NCBI GenBank assembly: GCA_015680685.1 | Contig: MNCI01000627.1 | Location: forward strand, 205,669 to 269,668 | DNA from: Gnetum montanum | Lineage: Eukaryota; Plantae; Gnetophyta | Direction: 5' to 3' | Length of the DNA stretch: 64,000 nucleotides | Shown here: positions 12,647-26,445 of the stretch, in pieces | Layout: the number at the start of each line of letters is the position of its first letter | Numbering within the stretch: the first letter of the stretch is position 1 | Notes under the pieces: generated by a model | What the model was told of the DNA's origin: nothing | Databases searched by the model: none | What the model saw: the letters and a program-made list of their open reading frames with translations, nothing else | Program-made: the position numbers and the translations under genes

Positions 12647-13030
12647 TCATCATCATCATTTTGGCCTTCTCCCAACAAAATGGGGTTGGCTACATGAGTT
12701 TCTTCTTCACCATTCGGCTCTACGAAGAGTTAGACTTTTGTTTATTTGCAGTTTCTTGAATTCATTTTCAATTATTTTTTTTCAATGTCTTCTTTGGTCT
12801 TCCTTTCAATGGCTTTCCTAAAAAAGTAATGTAGCAACCTATTTTTATAGGCTCATTGTCTTATCTTTTTTGCACATATTCAAACTATCTAAGTTGCCTC
12901 TCTTGTAGCTTATCTTTAGAAGTGACACCAAGTCTTCTTCAAATGTGTGTATTATGTAGTTTATCTCCTTCAATAAGATTCAACATCTTTCGAAGCATTC
13001 GCATTTTTGCCACATTGATTTGTTGTTCAA
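12647..13030 (-). mobile_element. RTE-clade LINE 3' fragment
   Basis: Minus strand encodes INVAKMRMLR and GRPKKT, followed by a GTAGCCAACCCC...TGGGA stem and an (ATG)n microsatellite tail typical of plant RTE elements. Confidence 0.8.
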
Positions 13031-13799
13031 ATTTAGTAAGCTATTAAAAAAATTCAGTGAAAGGACTTTTGAAACAAGTTTGATAGATCCAAGAAGTCTT
13101 TAAGTAAAAATTTCAGTTTCACTTTCATTAAATTTATTAAGATAAAGATAAAGTAAAGGTTTAAAATCATAGAGAAGATGAGATTTCTTGAAGCATAAAG
13201 TTGTTTTAGTTATATTTTATTTATTAGATTAATTCAATTTTTTACAACATTTTCTACCATGCTTGTCTATCTTAGCAATAATCCTTCTAAATCAAACCTG
13301 TAAATTATAAAATGCAAATCACATGCATTAACCCATATACTATAATATTCATTTAAAGTACATCATGATATGAATTTCTTATGTGCGATGCATTGCTCAC
13401 TTAGTTAAAAACATGTTGCTTGTCATGTGCAAGTTATACATTCACATGATGGGTAGACAAGTAATGATACAAAATCATTACAAAATTCTTTACCGACCTT
13501 ACCAAACAATCATACAAGGCAGGATAAAGACATTGGGAAGATAGAAACCAACTTCGTAAAAATTTGCATTTTTTAACACATGATTCATGAATTATGAAGG
13601 TACATCATGGAATCAATTTCCTAGAAACTTCCGCATCACATGATTTGTGAGTTACTCCCACCCGTATTCCTCGGCCAGATGTGACTGTTTTGGTAACGTG
13701 AAGAGCCCACCCCTATGATTATGAGCTGGAAGGCACTGAAATGAGCACGATAACCGACTCATTACCCATAATCATGCTCTTCATATCTAATAGAATTTA

Positions 13800-13965
13800 T
13801 TTTAATTGATTTTTATGTGCTTTTTCAACACATAGCATCGTTATTCATAGAAAAAACCAATCTTGTTTCAACCTTATTGATTGGATTTTAGTTGATTTTT
13901 ATTTGCTTTTTCAATACATAGCATCGTTATTCATGGAGAAAGCAACCTTGTTTCAACTTTATTGA
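13800..13965. repeat. Diverged ~85-bp tandem duplication upstream of EXO70
   Basis: TTGATTTTTAT.TGCTTTTTCAA.ACATAGCATCGTTATTCAT...CTTGTTTCAAC.TTATTGA occurs twice. Confidence 0.85.
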
Positions 13966-14692
13966 GTGGGTGGGTAGCCCTCGTGGTTGATAACGATCGT
14001 TCTTGATACAAGTCAAAATCCTGCTTTCCTTATATCAAGGCGGCCTGGGATACCCACAAACAAAGACACTTTGTCTTGCCCAAAATGGACAGCCCACTCT
14101 TAAACTGAAAGTTCACATGTACTCTCATTTCTGATTTGAATGCATTGAAAAACACATAACATAACATGGCAGCCCTTACTGGGATTTGGAATAAAAAAGA
14201 AGGCATGGGGAATCCCTTCTGCAATTCTTTGTTGCAACTTGCAAATTTCTTGGATATCTTGTGTTACAGACTTGCATATTTACATGTTCGGAAGGATTAG
14301 GACAAAGTGTAATCATGGTGGGTGTTTCGGTTGGAGAATCTGGCCATTAATCTTTTTTTGTATATCTTGTTCTCAAGTAATTTCCTGTGGAATTGACCAT
14401 TTTTTGTTATCTTGTCATCAGCCCATCTTTTTCTCCGCTGTTCTATCCACAAAAACTCCCACGAACAGAAGCCTACCATGCCCTGCTAAGGAAAACTGTC
14501 TTTTCTTGAAGCAGTTCCGAAGTTACAGCTTCTTGGGTTTTTGTGCTTTTATGTGTTTGTGTAGTCCAACAAGAGCTGAATGTGTTTTGGTTATCAGCTG
14601 ATTGGTTCGCAGTGTTTTCGGTTAGGGTCGCTGCTGCCATGAGGGATCTGCAGGGAAAATACCCATGCTCTAGATACTCGGTCGCCTAAAAG

Positions 14693-14904
14693 GTACACAT
14701 ACTAACTGCATGTAACTTTTCGTTTGTTAAAATTTATGTTTTTTTCGATGGCTTGGAATGTGAATATCCACCAGTATAGAGCTCAGAAGCTACCCACAAT
14801 AACAATTTTTGTTCAATGATTTGATTGATTCTCGAGTTAAATTTGAAACCGATTTTCATTATGTAATAGGGTATCTTCTTCTGAGTTCTAATTTCTAATT
14901 TCAG
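14693..14904 (+). other. Probable 5'UTR intron of EXO70
   Basis: Donor AAG|GTACAC, U-rich body, branch-like CTAAT and acceptor TTTCAG 105 nt before the ATG. Confidence 0.6.
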
Positions 14905-15009
14905 ATTCAAGGAGAATCAGAACTGTCAAGATCCTGAATCAATAGTGAAGAAATATAAATAGGATATTGGGTTAGGCTTTGCTTTAGGTTTTGCTGAAAA
15001 TAGTTAGCC

Positions 15010-16923
15010 ATGGCTGCTGAAGATGCAGAAGAAAAAGTTATAGCCACTGCCCAACACATTGTCAAGACTCTGGGAACCACAGACACCATGACTGATGATA
15101 TGATTAACATATTTTCCAGTTTTGATAAGAGATTCAAGAGCATGGGTGAGAAGCTGTCAAAGAAGGCCGACTCTGAGCCATATAACCTAGATTCTGTACC
15201 GGACACTTTGGCCTTTCTTGAAGATAAGATCCTGAAATGGGATATATCTGGTTCTGAAAATCCCCGAGAGCACTCACTCTTTTTGTGTGATGAGCCTGCA
15301 GAGGCAGCTTCTTATTTGGATTCTGTGGATGATTTGCAGACCATGATTGCCACTTTGGGTTCAACTGCTGACCAGAGGGATTCTGATCCTGAATTGCTGG
15401 AGAGGGCACAGAAGATTTTATATCTGGCCATGCTAAGGCTGCAGGAAGAATTCGAGATACTCCTTGAACAGCACTGTGACACTGTTGATCCTGATTTGAT
15501 TTTTGATCAGTCATCTCAAAATAGGGATACTGGGGAAGAAAACGATGATGTATTGGTAGCTCGTCCCATCTCTGATATGAATTTCATCATTGATTTGATG
15601 CCTCAAGAGGCAGTTTTTGAACTTGTTGCAGTCAGCAAACGGATGATTGCAGCTGGGTTTTCCCTGGAATGTCAACAGGCTTATTGCAGATCCAGAAAAA
15701 TGTTCCTGGAGGAAAGTGTTTCCAGGTTAGGTTTGCAGAGTCATAGTGTTGAGGATGTGCAGAAGATGAGATGGGAAGCTCTGGAAATGGAGATTTCGAA
15801 ATGGATTCAGGTGGTTAAAGTCACTGCTAATATCTTCTTTCCAAGTGAATTGAAACTTTGTGAAAGTGTCTTTGCAGGAGATCATTATATGTCAGAAACA
15901 TGCTTTGTGGATATTTCAAAAGGAGTTGTAACCCAGCTACTGAATTTTGCTGAGGCTGTTACATTAGACAGGAGGTCTCCTGAAAGGCTGTTCAAAATCC
16001 TAGACATGTATGAAACACTCAGAGATTTTCTCCCTGATATTAAATTATTTTCAGAGGCAGTGGGTTCCGATCTGAGGATGGAGATTTCCACTGTTATTAT
16101 GCAGTTGATGGAGTCAGCAAGGGGTATTTTTGTTGAGTTTGAGAATGCTATCCAAAGTGATTCAGGAAAAGTCCCAGTTCCGGGAGGGGCAGTTCATCCT
16201 CTCACAAGGTATGTCATGAACTATATGAGGTTTGCTTGTGACTACAAAGAGACTCTGGAAGAGGTACTTATGCATGAAAAGAATCATGAAAAATCTCTGA
16301 ACCAGACTACAAATTGGGAGGAATTGTCTCCATCGTCTATTCAGACCGTCTGGATCATGGACCTTTTGGAGGAAAATTTGGAATCAAAATCGAAAATGTA
16401 CAGGGATTCTGCTTTAGGATGGCTGTTTCTCATGAATAACTGTTGTTACATTGTGCAGAAAGTTAAGAACAGTGACATTGGAAGTCTTTTAGGATATGAA
16501 TGGATTAGAAAACACACAACAAAAATTAGACAATATCACACAAATTACCAGAGGGCATCATGGGGAAAAATCCTTTCTTTTCTGAAAGATGATGGGGTTT
16601 ATTCCAGTGGGAATTTTTCTAGCGGCATCTCCAGAGCAGTTCTCAAGGAGAAGTTCAAAAATTTCAATACCATGTTTGAAGAAATTCATAAAGTGCAGTC
16701 TACCTGGACTGTTGCAGATGAACAGGTTCGAACAGAGCTGAGAATTTCTATTGCTGAGATGGTTGTCACTGCATATAGATCATTTTTTGGCCGTTTTAAG
16801 CAATACTTGGAGAATGGCAGGCACCCAGAAAAGTATATAAAATACAGCCCAGAAGATATGGAGACTTTCATCAATGAATTATTTGAAGGCTCATCGGGCT
16901 CTCTGGGGAAGAAAAAGCTCTGA
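15010..16923 (+). CDS. EXO70: Exocyst complex subunit EXO70 (EXO70B-like), 637 aa, single-exon CDS
   Basis: N-terminus EEKVIATAQHIVKTLG...DDMINIFSSFD; motifs RRSPERLFKILDMYETL, VPGGAVHPLTRYVMNY, LFLMNN, KEKFKNFN..FEE, GRHPEKYIKYS.ED....INELFEG. Subclade assigned from remembered similarity, not a tree. Confidence 0.96.
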   Translation: MAAEDAEEKVIATAQHIVKTLGTTDTMTDDMINIFSSFDKRFKSMGEKLSKKADSEPYNLDSVPDTLAFLEDKILKWDISGSENPREHSLFLCDEPAEAASYLDSVDDLQTMIATLGSTADQRDSDPELLERAQKILYLAMLRLQEEFEILLEQHCDTVDPDLIFDQSSQNRDTGEENDDVLVARPISDMNFIIDLMPQEAVFELVAVSKRMIAAGFSLECQQAYCRSRKMFLEESVSRLGLQSHSVEDVQKMRWEALEMEISKWIQVVKVTANIFFPSELKLCESVFAGDHYMSETCFVDISKGVVTQLLNFAEAVTLDRRSPERLFKILDMYETLRDFLPDIKLFSEAVGSDLRMEISTVIMQLMESARGIFVEFENAIQSDSGKVPVPGGAVHPLTRYVMNYMRFACDYKETLEEVLMHEKNHEKSLNQTTNWEELSPSSIQTVWIMDLLEENLESKSKMYRDSALGWLFLMNNCCYIVQKVKNSDIGSLLGYEWIRKHTTKIRQYHTNYQRASWGKILSFLKDDGVYSSGNFSSGISRAVLKEKFKNFNTMFEEIHKVQSTWTVADEQVRTELRISIAEMVVTAYRSFFGRFKQYLENGRHPEKYIKYSPEDMETFINELFEGSSGSLGKKKL

Positions 16924-18084
16924 ATGCTGTAGTTTCTCTTTCTTTTATGTAGGAGATACGATTGCACTTTGTTTTAGTTTGTGCAATCACTATCTTTGGT
17001 TATTGACCTTTTGCATGCAAGTTTTCTTTGCAAATGCTATGAGTAAGAACTCACCTAGGTAAACATCATAGGACTTTTGGCTATGCCCAATTTTGAAGGC
17101 CGTACAAGGAGTTCGGTTTCTGCCAAAATTTTCAGGATTTCAAAGTGTGTAGGAGAAGTTTTGTTTTGTATATTAATCTTTATATCACCATTCTTAATAC
17201 ATTCTGCAAACTGCATTAAATTCTATGTCTAATATTTTGATGGATGAAAATGTATATTAGAATTGGCTCCTCTGGCATTTAACAAGCCACTGTTTTCATT
17301 TTCAAGCAGTAAAGTATGGTCGTTAAAGTACTTATCTGAATTGGTCAGTGAGGCATTGTTTGCTTGGTAAGAGCATCTGATTTGTTGTCTGCAAGTTTCA
17401 GGGTCAATTAAGGGGTATGCTGAGACATTTGTTATCGGAAGGATAGGAAAAATATACGTTTAAGGACCAAATCCTTCTTCTACCTTCACAAGTTAGCATT
17501 TGTTGATGGGATTTGATTTATAAGTTTCACTGATACCTGTAACCAAGAGGCTTCAAAGTCTAACCCAATTTACTATTTGGAAAGAATGATTAAATGATTA
17601 AAGTGCATATCCTAAAAATTTTTTGTCTGCTTTTTTATAGCATTTGAACACTTGATTATTTGAGTTTTATTATTATTTTTGGGGCATCTCTTAATCAACA
17701 AAGATGTTCACATCTTCAGACTTGTTTTTTGATATACGACTGACTGCCAACTCTTTACATCTTCAAATTGGTTCAAATTGTATTTCCATTGATCTTCTTG
17801 TGTCCCTGTTTTGCCATACCAGTAACGAAGTTGTATATCCATTGATAGTTAATCAATATTCTATTTTATTATTCCCTAATAACGACATTCTACTTCTTGA
17901 TTAGATACGCATGATTGCATATCCTGTAGGTTTTGAATGATGATTTTGTATTTCTTAAAGACAAGAGTTGATTTCCATCTCTTTTCCTATGCGTTAATTG
18001 GTGTCAGTAATGCCAAAAAGTTAAAGTTCTATTCAATAATATATTGATAGTAGAAAAAAGTTCATCTTAGCCTTATTTCATTTA

Positions 18085-18230
18085 AAATGAGTTTTACGCC
18101 CTTCCATTTGTATCCATGAGTTTTTATGGCCTTCCTTTTGTATCTGAAACAAAATGAGTTTTACGGCCTTCCATTTGTACGGCCTTCCATTTGTATCCAT
18201 GAGTTTTTATGGCCTTCCTTTTGTATCCGA
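18085..18230. repeat. Minisatellite (~30-bp unit ATGAGTTTT(T)AYGGCCTTCC(A/T)TTTGTATCC, 4-5 copies)
   Basis: Direct inspection. Confidence 0.85.
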
Positions 18231-19227
18231 GCTTAAGATTGGTTGTTTCTTTAAATTAATCTTTTGACTCTCTTTCAGAAATTGGGACAGATGTCTTATC
18301 TGTAGTGTTTTGTCTTCTCTAATCTTTGTGCTCTTGTAGGCTCGATGTTTTTCAATATTTGTGTTCTTGGGATCTATTCCAGCCTTTGTGCCTTTAATTT
18401 CTGATCCTTACTTGAAAGCTGATAGGCATCTACCTGTATTTTATGTCTAAAATTGATTCTGCAATTTCTTCTCCCGCGTTGTATGGATTCCTTCAAATAT
18501 TGCCCACTCTAGCTGAGCAAGATGATTGATAAATATGTTTCGTCTTTTAAGCACATCTACCCCACGGAATCTGTAAATGCTATAGGCATTTTCCAGGGCT
18601 TCTATCATTATCTGTCATCTTTGTGTAAATTCTGAGCATCTTATAAGCTGATTCGGAGCTTGTCATGACACAGTTATCACTCCCTAACGTTGTCAGATGG
18701 GTACGATAAAAATTTTCATTAAGTAAAGAGGGATTATATTAATAAAATAAAAGTTTAAATACAATGAGATTATTGTTAGGATCTTAATGATCAATCAAGA
18801 TTAACAGTATTATATATATATATTTTTTAAAAAAATCATATCAATGTATAATCTTATCCTTAGAGTTAAAAACTTGTAGGACTCACATTTTATACATCAT
18901 AATTTTTCCAATTTTTTATTGCTAGTCATGGTACTTTCTCTAAATTGATTTGCTTGAAAAAGTATGAAGTTTGTTTTTTACCAGATTTGAAACATCGTAT
19001 GTGTTAACAAAATATTTCAAATTTTATTACTTGGTCAAGTTCTATCTATCCAAGTCCAAGCTCTGGCAAAATATTGTAAAAATTTTAATATAATAAAATG
19101 CTGATTCTAAGCTTTTAATCCATTACTATAATCTACCGAAACATTCTGGATATATCAAAGCAAAATACTGTTAGCTGCTAATATTCCATACCTACCAAAA
19201 TAAAAGATTTGGGTCTGATTCTAACCT

Positions 19228-19320
19228 TGCATATATTGCATGCCGCCAAATCTATAAATAAGAGGCATTTCCTATCCTAGGCTAGAAGTAGCGAAGCTCT
19301 GGTGAATTGATCACCCCAGA
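19228..19320 (+). mobile_element. Isolated family-A LTR core promoter fragment
   Basis: TCTATAAATAAGAGG...GGCTAGAAGTAGCGAAGCTCTGG...TTGATCAC matches 7300-7393. Confidence 0.85.
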
Positions 19321-22300
19321 GATGACCCTTTGAGGTGGTCCTTAATGACCTCAGGAGTGAATTCCATGAAAGGTCCAAAGTTCAATTCCATGATCACTAC
19401 AGCTGATGTGGACCTTTCACGAATGTTTTGGACACATTTCGGGGGCAACATGAGGTGTTGTCCTTGTTCAGGCATTGCAGTAGCTCCTCCTTTTGCTTGT
19501 CCCAATTGTACAGTGGCAGGGCCTTCTTGATGGATACTAAACGATTGCTCCTCCTGCTCTGCATGTTGTTCGGCAGGCACCTATCTTTTACCTCTCCTGG
19601 GTTTCTTAGATGCACCTTGAGAGGGACCTTCTTGTTGTCCACACTTTGGGGCCATCTGCAATCACATGGGGCCAATCATTAGTAAGGTTGCTTACCAAAG
19701 TTAAGTTATACCTTACTTCTTGCCTTAATGAGTTTGTTCTAATTCCATGTGATTTTAAAGTTAAGAATTTTAATGGAAATGTCCCCAAAAGATTTTAATA
19801 TTTGGTCCACTTTTCTTAGATGGTTTTTAGAGTTTAATTTCCTGGTATAGATAAGGAGATGAGATTGTTTTTAGCACACGTTTATTATTTTTATAATTAA
19901 TTACCATTGATAATGTCCTTCAGGCGATGATGAATTTTAAAAAATTTATACGCAATTTGGCATGTACCCCTCCCCCCACAACTAAGCTGAACACTCTAAG
20001 TTCAAGTAGGTTCAGATGGAATGGAAATCAGAGCGGTAGCGAGTGAGTTATGGTTATCAAAACAAGAGATGCGCAATCGCAAGGCATAGAAGAAAATTTG
20101 AAAAACCTCCCCTGCGTGAATAGTTGCAAATGATGTTGATNNNNNNNNNNNNNNNNNNNNNNNNNNNNNNNNNNNNNNNNNNNNNNNNNNNNNNNNNNNN
20201 NNNNNNNNNNNNNNNNNNNNNNNNNNNNNNNNNNNNNNNNNNNNNNNNNNNNNNNNNNNNNNNTTTTTGAAATTCCAAGGTATAAACTGAGGACGTGTAG
20301 GTCAATGTAAAGGGGTCCAGGGTAATACAAACTAGTCCTGAAGGCACAAAGAGTATAATGGTGTAAAATCTGTCAATGAAAATCATGAAGAGTAGGAGAA
20401 AAAAGGACATGTGTTAGCTCATAGGAACATTTGAATCCAGAAGGATGATAAGGGAAAGAAGAACATTGGTGATACTTAGAGGGTATAAGATGATGTGCGG
20501 GAGATGTGTTACAAGTGCAAATTACAAGGGTCACACAAGTGGGTCCTTCCCAAAGTAGGTTCCAACCTATAATGCCCTTGTGTAACCACACCTTAAAATG
20601 TCTGTAGGCACTAGAAGGGTTAAATGTAATCCACACCAATCTCACAAAACACACACATGTAGATATCACCGCAATGAGATATGAATTCAACACTACACAA
20701 GTCATGAGTCCCAATTACGTGAACAGCGAGATGAGGCGAATTGTAGAAGAGATTGCAAAGAGTGGGACATGAGGTAACTGGCCTAGGGCACAACAAATCC
20801 TCAGTATAAGGCATGATTAAAGTATTATTAACCTATCACTCAAAAATCAAGACCAAGTCCATTCCTCTGATCAGTGACATCGCATTGTTTCATCCCAATG
20901 ATAGACAACAATAAGAGCATCATGATGGCAAGGCATACGATCACTTGGTGTTTCGTGCAAGGGAGGAGTGATTCGGAATTGCTTTGTGGACTTTGAGCTT
21001 GATCTCTTTTCTTTTTTAAGTATTGCTTAATCCATAGAAGCTGCCTACCTTCAGGCATGGGTACATGTCTTTCCAATGGGACCCCCTGGAATAGCATTAT
21101 TTTTTTCTGGTTGAGTACCTTTTGATTACTTTTACTCCCATTTTTCATTAGATCTACAAGGATCTTAGTATGACCCAGCTACATGATAACTCCTATAGAT
21201 GTCACCAAAGAGAATCCACAAGTCCCCTTGATGTCACACCTTGGCCATTCCTTCTTGGTCCATCATTCTTCACTCTAGGCATAATAAACACAAGGTTACT
21301 TTAAGTTGCAATGATTAAGAATATCATTGTATCCAAGGTAGAACCTCCTATTAATGGAATGGGTAGGTGGATGTTGTGGGCTCGCTATCCAAATAATTAG
21401 TCACCCAAGACTTGATAGCATAGAATAACACCTCAACCAATGAGCCACATGAGTGTTTTATTCGTAGATGAGATTACTCATAAAAAGATAAAAAGACAAA
21501 AAGACAAAACAATAAACTAAAAGATGAAAAACTAGAAAACAAAAAATTGTAAAATTAAAGAAAATGAAAAACATTTATTAATTCTGCTTGTTGTTAGAAT
21601 GGGGGATATCCCTCATAACTAAATGGTTGAGCATGGCTAGAATTAATAAATTGAAGGTTGGGATCCTTGCATGTTGAAAATATTGGGACTTGGTCATACT
21701 TACGCCATTGGGGTTCACACACTTGATTAGAGTTGACATAGTGGGCAAGTTATAAGATGTGGTTAATTAAAAGAGGTTGACCCACTATGGTACTTGTGAC
21801 CATAAGATGGTATGCAAGGATCAACATGTCTTCCTACATGGCGATATTCATTGGGCCCCATAGTTGTTGGAGTTTCGATTGGTGGCCCTGCTAAGGTAAC
21901 ATGAGGTGTTGGGTTCAAAGAGGAAGGTGCACCACAGTGTTAAACTTGTGCTGAGTTGGCGGATACAGTGGTTTTTGAACTGTGGTGTCCCTTTCTACGG
22001 TCACGTCTAAAGAAGGGACGCCTATGATGTTGTGGAGGATTCCCACTGCTATTGATAATAGAAGCACAAGTAACATTCGTGGGTTGATACTGTGATGCAA
22101 ATTCCTCGGGAAAAACTGGTGGCGATGTAGAAGGAGGTAAAGGATGAGAATGTTGGAATTGAGGAGAAGTGTAAGGCACCCAAGGTGGTGGTTGTGTTGG
22201 AGAGGATATGGGTTGATAGTATTGAGGAGAATAATAATCATGTGGTGAGATAGAGGATGTTGACCCAGTTGGGGAAACAGGATGTTGGACTTGATAAGCA

Positions 22301-24353
22301 CTTAGGTTTGGGTGGTATGAAGGGTATAACCAATTTGGGGGTGGCCTCCCCCATAACTAGGATTGTTGCCACTGTGATCGAACTCTCTGTACAAACTTTG
22401 GATGTAACACTCTTTCCCAATGCTCTTGTAAATGTGACAAGATTGGGCATTGGCCCTTGGGGTGATCGTACAAGAAAATGTTGCATTGATACATATGATT
22501 GGCAGTTGAGCTCTTATTTTTTTCAACCCTTCTTTTCTATTGTTGAAGGGTATTTTGTCCTGTTTCTTGGGTTTTCATAACTCTATCTCCAATAATGTTG
22601 GCATATTCTTCGCATTTTTTATACATCCATTCCATCATCTTATTGATCTTTGCCTTAATTTCATCCAATGATACTGGCAAAGATGATTCCACCTCCTTGA
22701 GATGAGTTGATTTCTCCTCTTTATTATCATGGGCCCTTGTTAATTCAAGGTTTTGGGCCTGTTGAGATTTTTCAATGTTCTCCCATTTAGCCATTTCTCC
22801 TTCTTCTTTTGCTACCCGTTTCATAAGCTCTTGGAATTGATGGGTTCGTAGCTCATATAGTTGACCTCGAGCATACATCCCTAGGGTTCCCCTTGTTTTA
22901 TTATGTAGCCCATCTATGATATGGGACATTAGCCTTTCCTAGGAAAACTCATGGCTTGGGCAGTTGTTTAACAATGCATAATATCTATCTAAGGTCATGT
23001 CCAAGGGTTTATGTTGTGCTTGCTTCCACTCTTGGATTTGTTTCCTAAAGGCTGACACTCTTGCATAAGTTTGATATCTTTCATTGAAGAGTTATACCAT
23101 TGTTGGCCAACATCAAATTGATTTTGGTCTTAAGGACCTATACCATACTTTTTCTTGGCCAACAAGTGTCATAGGAAAGAGCTTAAGTTTTTNNNNNNNN
23201 NNNNNNNNNNNNNNNNNNNNNNNNNNNNNNNNNNNNNNNNNNNNNNNNNNNNNNNNNNNNNNNNNNNNNNNNNNNNNNNNNNNNNNNNNNNNNNNNNNNN
23301 NNNNNNNNNNNNNNNNNNNNNNNNNNNNNNNNNNNNNNNNNNNNNNNNNNNNNNNNNNNNNNNNNNNNNNNNNNNNNNNNNNNNNNNNNNNNNNNNNNNN
23401 NNNNNNNNNNNNNNNNNNNNNNNNNNNNNNNNNNNNNNNNNNNNNNNNNNNNNNNNNNNNNNNNNNNNNNNNNNNNNNNNNNNNNNNNNNNNNNNNNNNN
23501 NNNNNNNNNNNNNNNNNNNNNNNNNNNNNNNNNNNNNNNNNNNNNNNNNNNNNNNNNNNNNNNNNNNNNNNTGCAGGTGGGCTAGTTGTGGTATCTAAAT
23601 AGTTACTCATTGATCGTAGTTCANNNNNNNNNNNNNNNNNNNNNNNNNNNNNNNNNNNNNNNNNNNNNNNNNNNNNNNNNNNNNNNNNNNNNNNNNNNNN
23701 NNNNNNNNNNNNNNNNNNNNNNNNNNNNNNNNNNNNNNNNNNNNNNNNNNNNNNNNNNNNNNNNNNNNNNNNNNNNNNNNNNNNNNNNNNNNNNNNNNNN
23801 NNNNNNNNNNNNNNNNNNNNNNNNNNNNNNNNNNNNNNNNNNNNNNNNNNNNNNNNNNNNNNNNNNNNNNNNNNNNNNNNNNNNNTGATTAATTCATACT
23901 CATTCTGTGTTTAAGGAGTTTAGGGTGAAGAGATATTAACTACGAAAGCAATAAATAACAATAACAATTACATAATTAAACTAAGTGATTGCTGCAATGA
24001 TGAAGTAATCTCGATATTTATTTCTGGTCATGTGTGTGTCCAAGCACGTCACACTCAAATAAAGGATGTCATACAATTACAATCACCACACTACGGGCAT
24101 GCATTGGGAGAAAGGGTTGAGAGGAACTAAGAAATGAACTAACTTCTAAAACTAATTGAAAAGCTAACTATTTCAAAAACTTAAAAGACTTTTTTTTCCT
24201 CTTGTGCGCCTACATGTGTATTTATATGGGCTCACACAGGAGTCACGATATCGTGTATCCAATATCGTTGTTGGGCTACGATATTGCATACCCGATATCA
24301 TGGATCTAATATCAGGGGTTTGATATCGTGGCCTGATGAATTACAATTCATCA
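19321..24353 (-). mobile_element. 3'-truncated non-autonomous Athila-like element, family B (5' LTR ~23572-24353, gag ~21600-23190, ORF2 start 19655)
   Basis: Colinear and highly similar to 30840-35819; retrotransposon-gag motifs; LTR terminus TTCATCA at 24353. Confidence 0.9.
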
Positions 24354-26445
24354 ACATGTTCACCTGATCATGAAAATTTTCTTTAAGCCTTTCATGTTTC
24401 TTTGCCTCATTTTGCCACACGCTTATTTCAATGGTTGACTTTTGGCAAATGACACGTACCTCCTCCATTAAAAGGGTTTAATTTTCTTGTGCAAAGTGGC
24501 ACATGTCTTGGTTAACCCTCACCAATTATTCCCTAAACTAGTGGATGCCCTCCTCCAAAATGTTTTTCTACTTTTCCATAATGATCAACCTCATGTTATT
24601 AGCAACAAGTTGTTTTTGTTCCTCTTAGAATGTGGTAAGTACCTTGACATGTGCATATGTTTGTGCTTCAGCTACTCAGACATTCCATACTACTTTCTCC
24701 TTCTCCATTTCCATCTGTTTATTCTGCTTAATCAAGTGGTTCATTTGTTTAGTTCTAAACTTCTCTATCTAGTCAAGTGCAATGAATTGATTTGTACCTC
24801 TTCATTCAGCTCTCAAGGCTACAAGCTCTTCTTGTAATCTCAGAATTTCATTCTCTACATGCTTTGCCCTTGTCTCTATCATGACCAATTTTCCTTTAGT
24901 AGCAATGAGCTAAGATTGTACTGTAATGATTCCACTGGGGATGTCAAAAAGTGTTGTCATGACTTGCCAAGTCTACAGTAGTCTATCAAGCACATCTTCA
25001 TGCTCAGCAGGAGTCATCAAGGTTCTTACTAACATTGGAGAATCTTTGGCTCCAATTAGATCTACTGATGACACAACAAGTACATTGGAGGACTTTTTGA
25101 TGTGATCAGTGATCACTTCTATTGCTCCCGCTGCATCTTGGTGCTACATTACCACTACTATGGCTCCCTCTCTAGTCTCAAGCACCACTTGGAATGATGC
25201 AGCATTCTCATAGATATATTGTAACCATTAGACCTCTTCTTCTAACTACAATGAGATCTATCTACTTGCTAGATCTGTTGAAACTATGGGTTGGATCGAA
25301 CTGTCTATAACTTTGTAAAGGTTTGCCTCCCTTATTTCCTAGTTTATGGTTTTTGCAATTTATTGCCGATGACTCATCGATGATCTATAATCCTATGATG
25401 GCAATGATGGAACTTCTTGTTGTTACTATATTTGTTGTTACTGCTATTGTTCTTGCTATAGGTGATGTTGCTACTGTTTTTGCTCTTATTGTTGTTCTTA
25501 CCCGTATTCTTATTCTTGTTGCTCTTCACCATGATCTTTTCTAGGTGGTGTTAGTTTGAGCAATTAAACATATGAAGCATTTTGGATTTCCTGGGAATGT
25601 CATTAGTGTATCCCAGGATTCAAGCTCGCTTGCATAGCTTTCTAATAAGACAAGGAAATGGAAGTATTAGTTTTCCTGCCTTCGTTTCTTCAAATGCCTC
25701 TGAATTTCCATAAAGTAGAGTTGTGTGAGGTTGGCATTATATTTGCCCATCAGGATTGCACTTCCTCTAACCACATAAGTGGATAGTTGATTGAGTCCTT
25801 TTGTTGGGAATAAGTGATAAATGCCAGTTTTAAAGTAGTTTCTTTCTTCCACAGTTAGCTCATTATAGCCCTTATCTTCTTTTTCATATGTCCATTTTAA
25901 CTATAGTTTTTTGGTTTCAGGATCTGATCGAGTGGAAAAATGTGCTACCCTTGCTTCTTCTTTGGGTATGTTGAGCACTTCAGCTATCATCTTAATTGAG
26001 AATGAGACTAAGATTCCTCCAATGTTAACAGTGGTACCCTCTTCTTTGTTATGCCAAAACTAATAGGTTTCCCCAAGGTACCATTCACCATTGTGTGAAA
26101 GCATAGCAATGATGCTTGGAGTTGCATCTTTATCACTTTAGGAACAAATTCCATGAACATGTCAATGTTCATTTCCACAATGACTATGGTTAAGATGGAT
26201 CTCTCTTGAATATCTTGGAGGTAGTCTTATGACAACATGAGGTGTTGTCCTTGCACTAGTGGTTCTTCTCCCTCTCCTTGGACCGATTGTCTTATAGCAG
26301 GAGTCTCTTGATGAATGCTAAATGATTGGGCTTCCTACTCCTCGTGCTCTAGTTCATGTCCTCCAATTTAGCCTCTACCTTGGCCTCTCAATCATTTACT
26401 TGCATCTTGTGAGGGTCCTCCTTGTGCTCCTCTCTTTGGAGCCAT
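24354..26445 (-). pseudogene. Athila ORF2 / env-like remnant (plant transposon-protein-like domain plus coiled coil)
   Basis: Starts MAPKRG; contains WHNKEEGTTVNIGGILVSFSIKMIAEVLNIP, resembling the Athila env-like domain; Q/E-rich and coiled-coil C-terminus; multiple stops. Confidence 0.6.

Noticed and set aside
20531-20585. Permuted twister ribozyme on the + strand (GGGTCCT...CCC, TAATGC)
   Set aside because: Lacks the conserved AAGC/AGC pseudoknot residues and the GAG loop strand; only a superficial resemblance.
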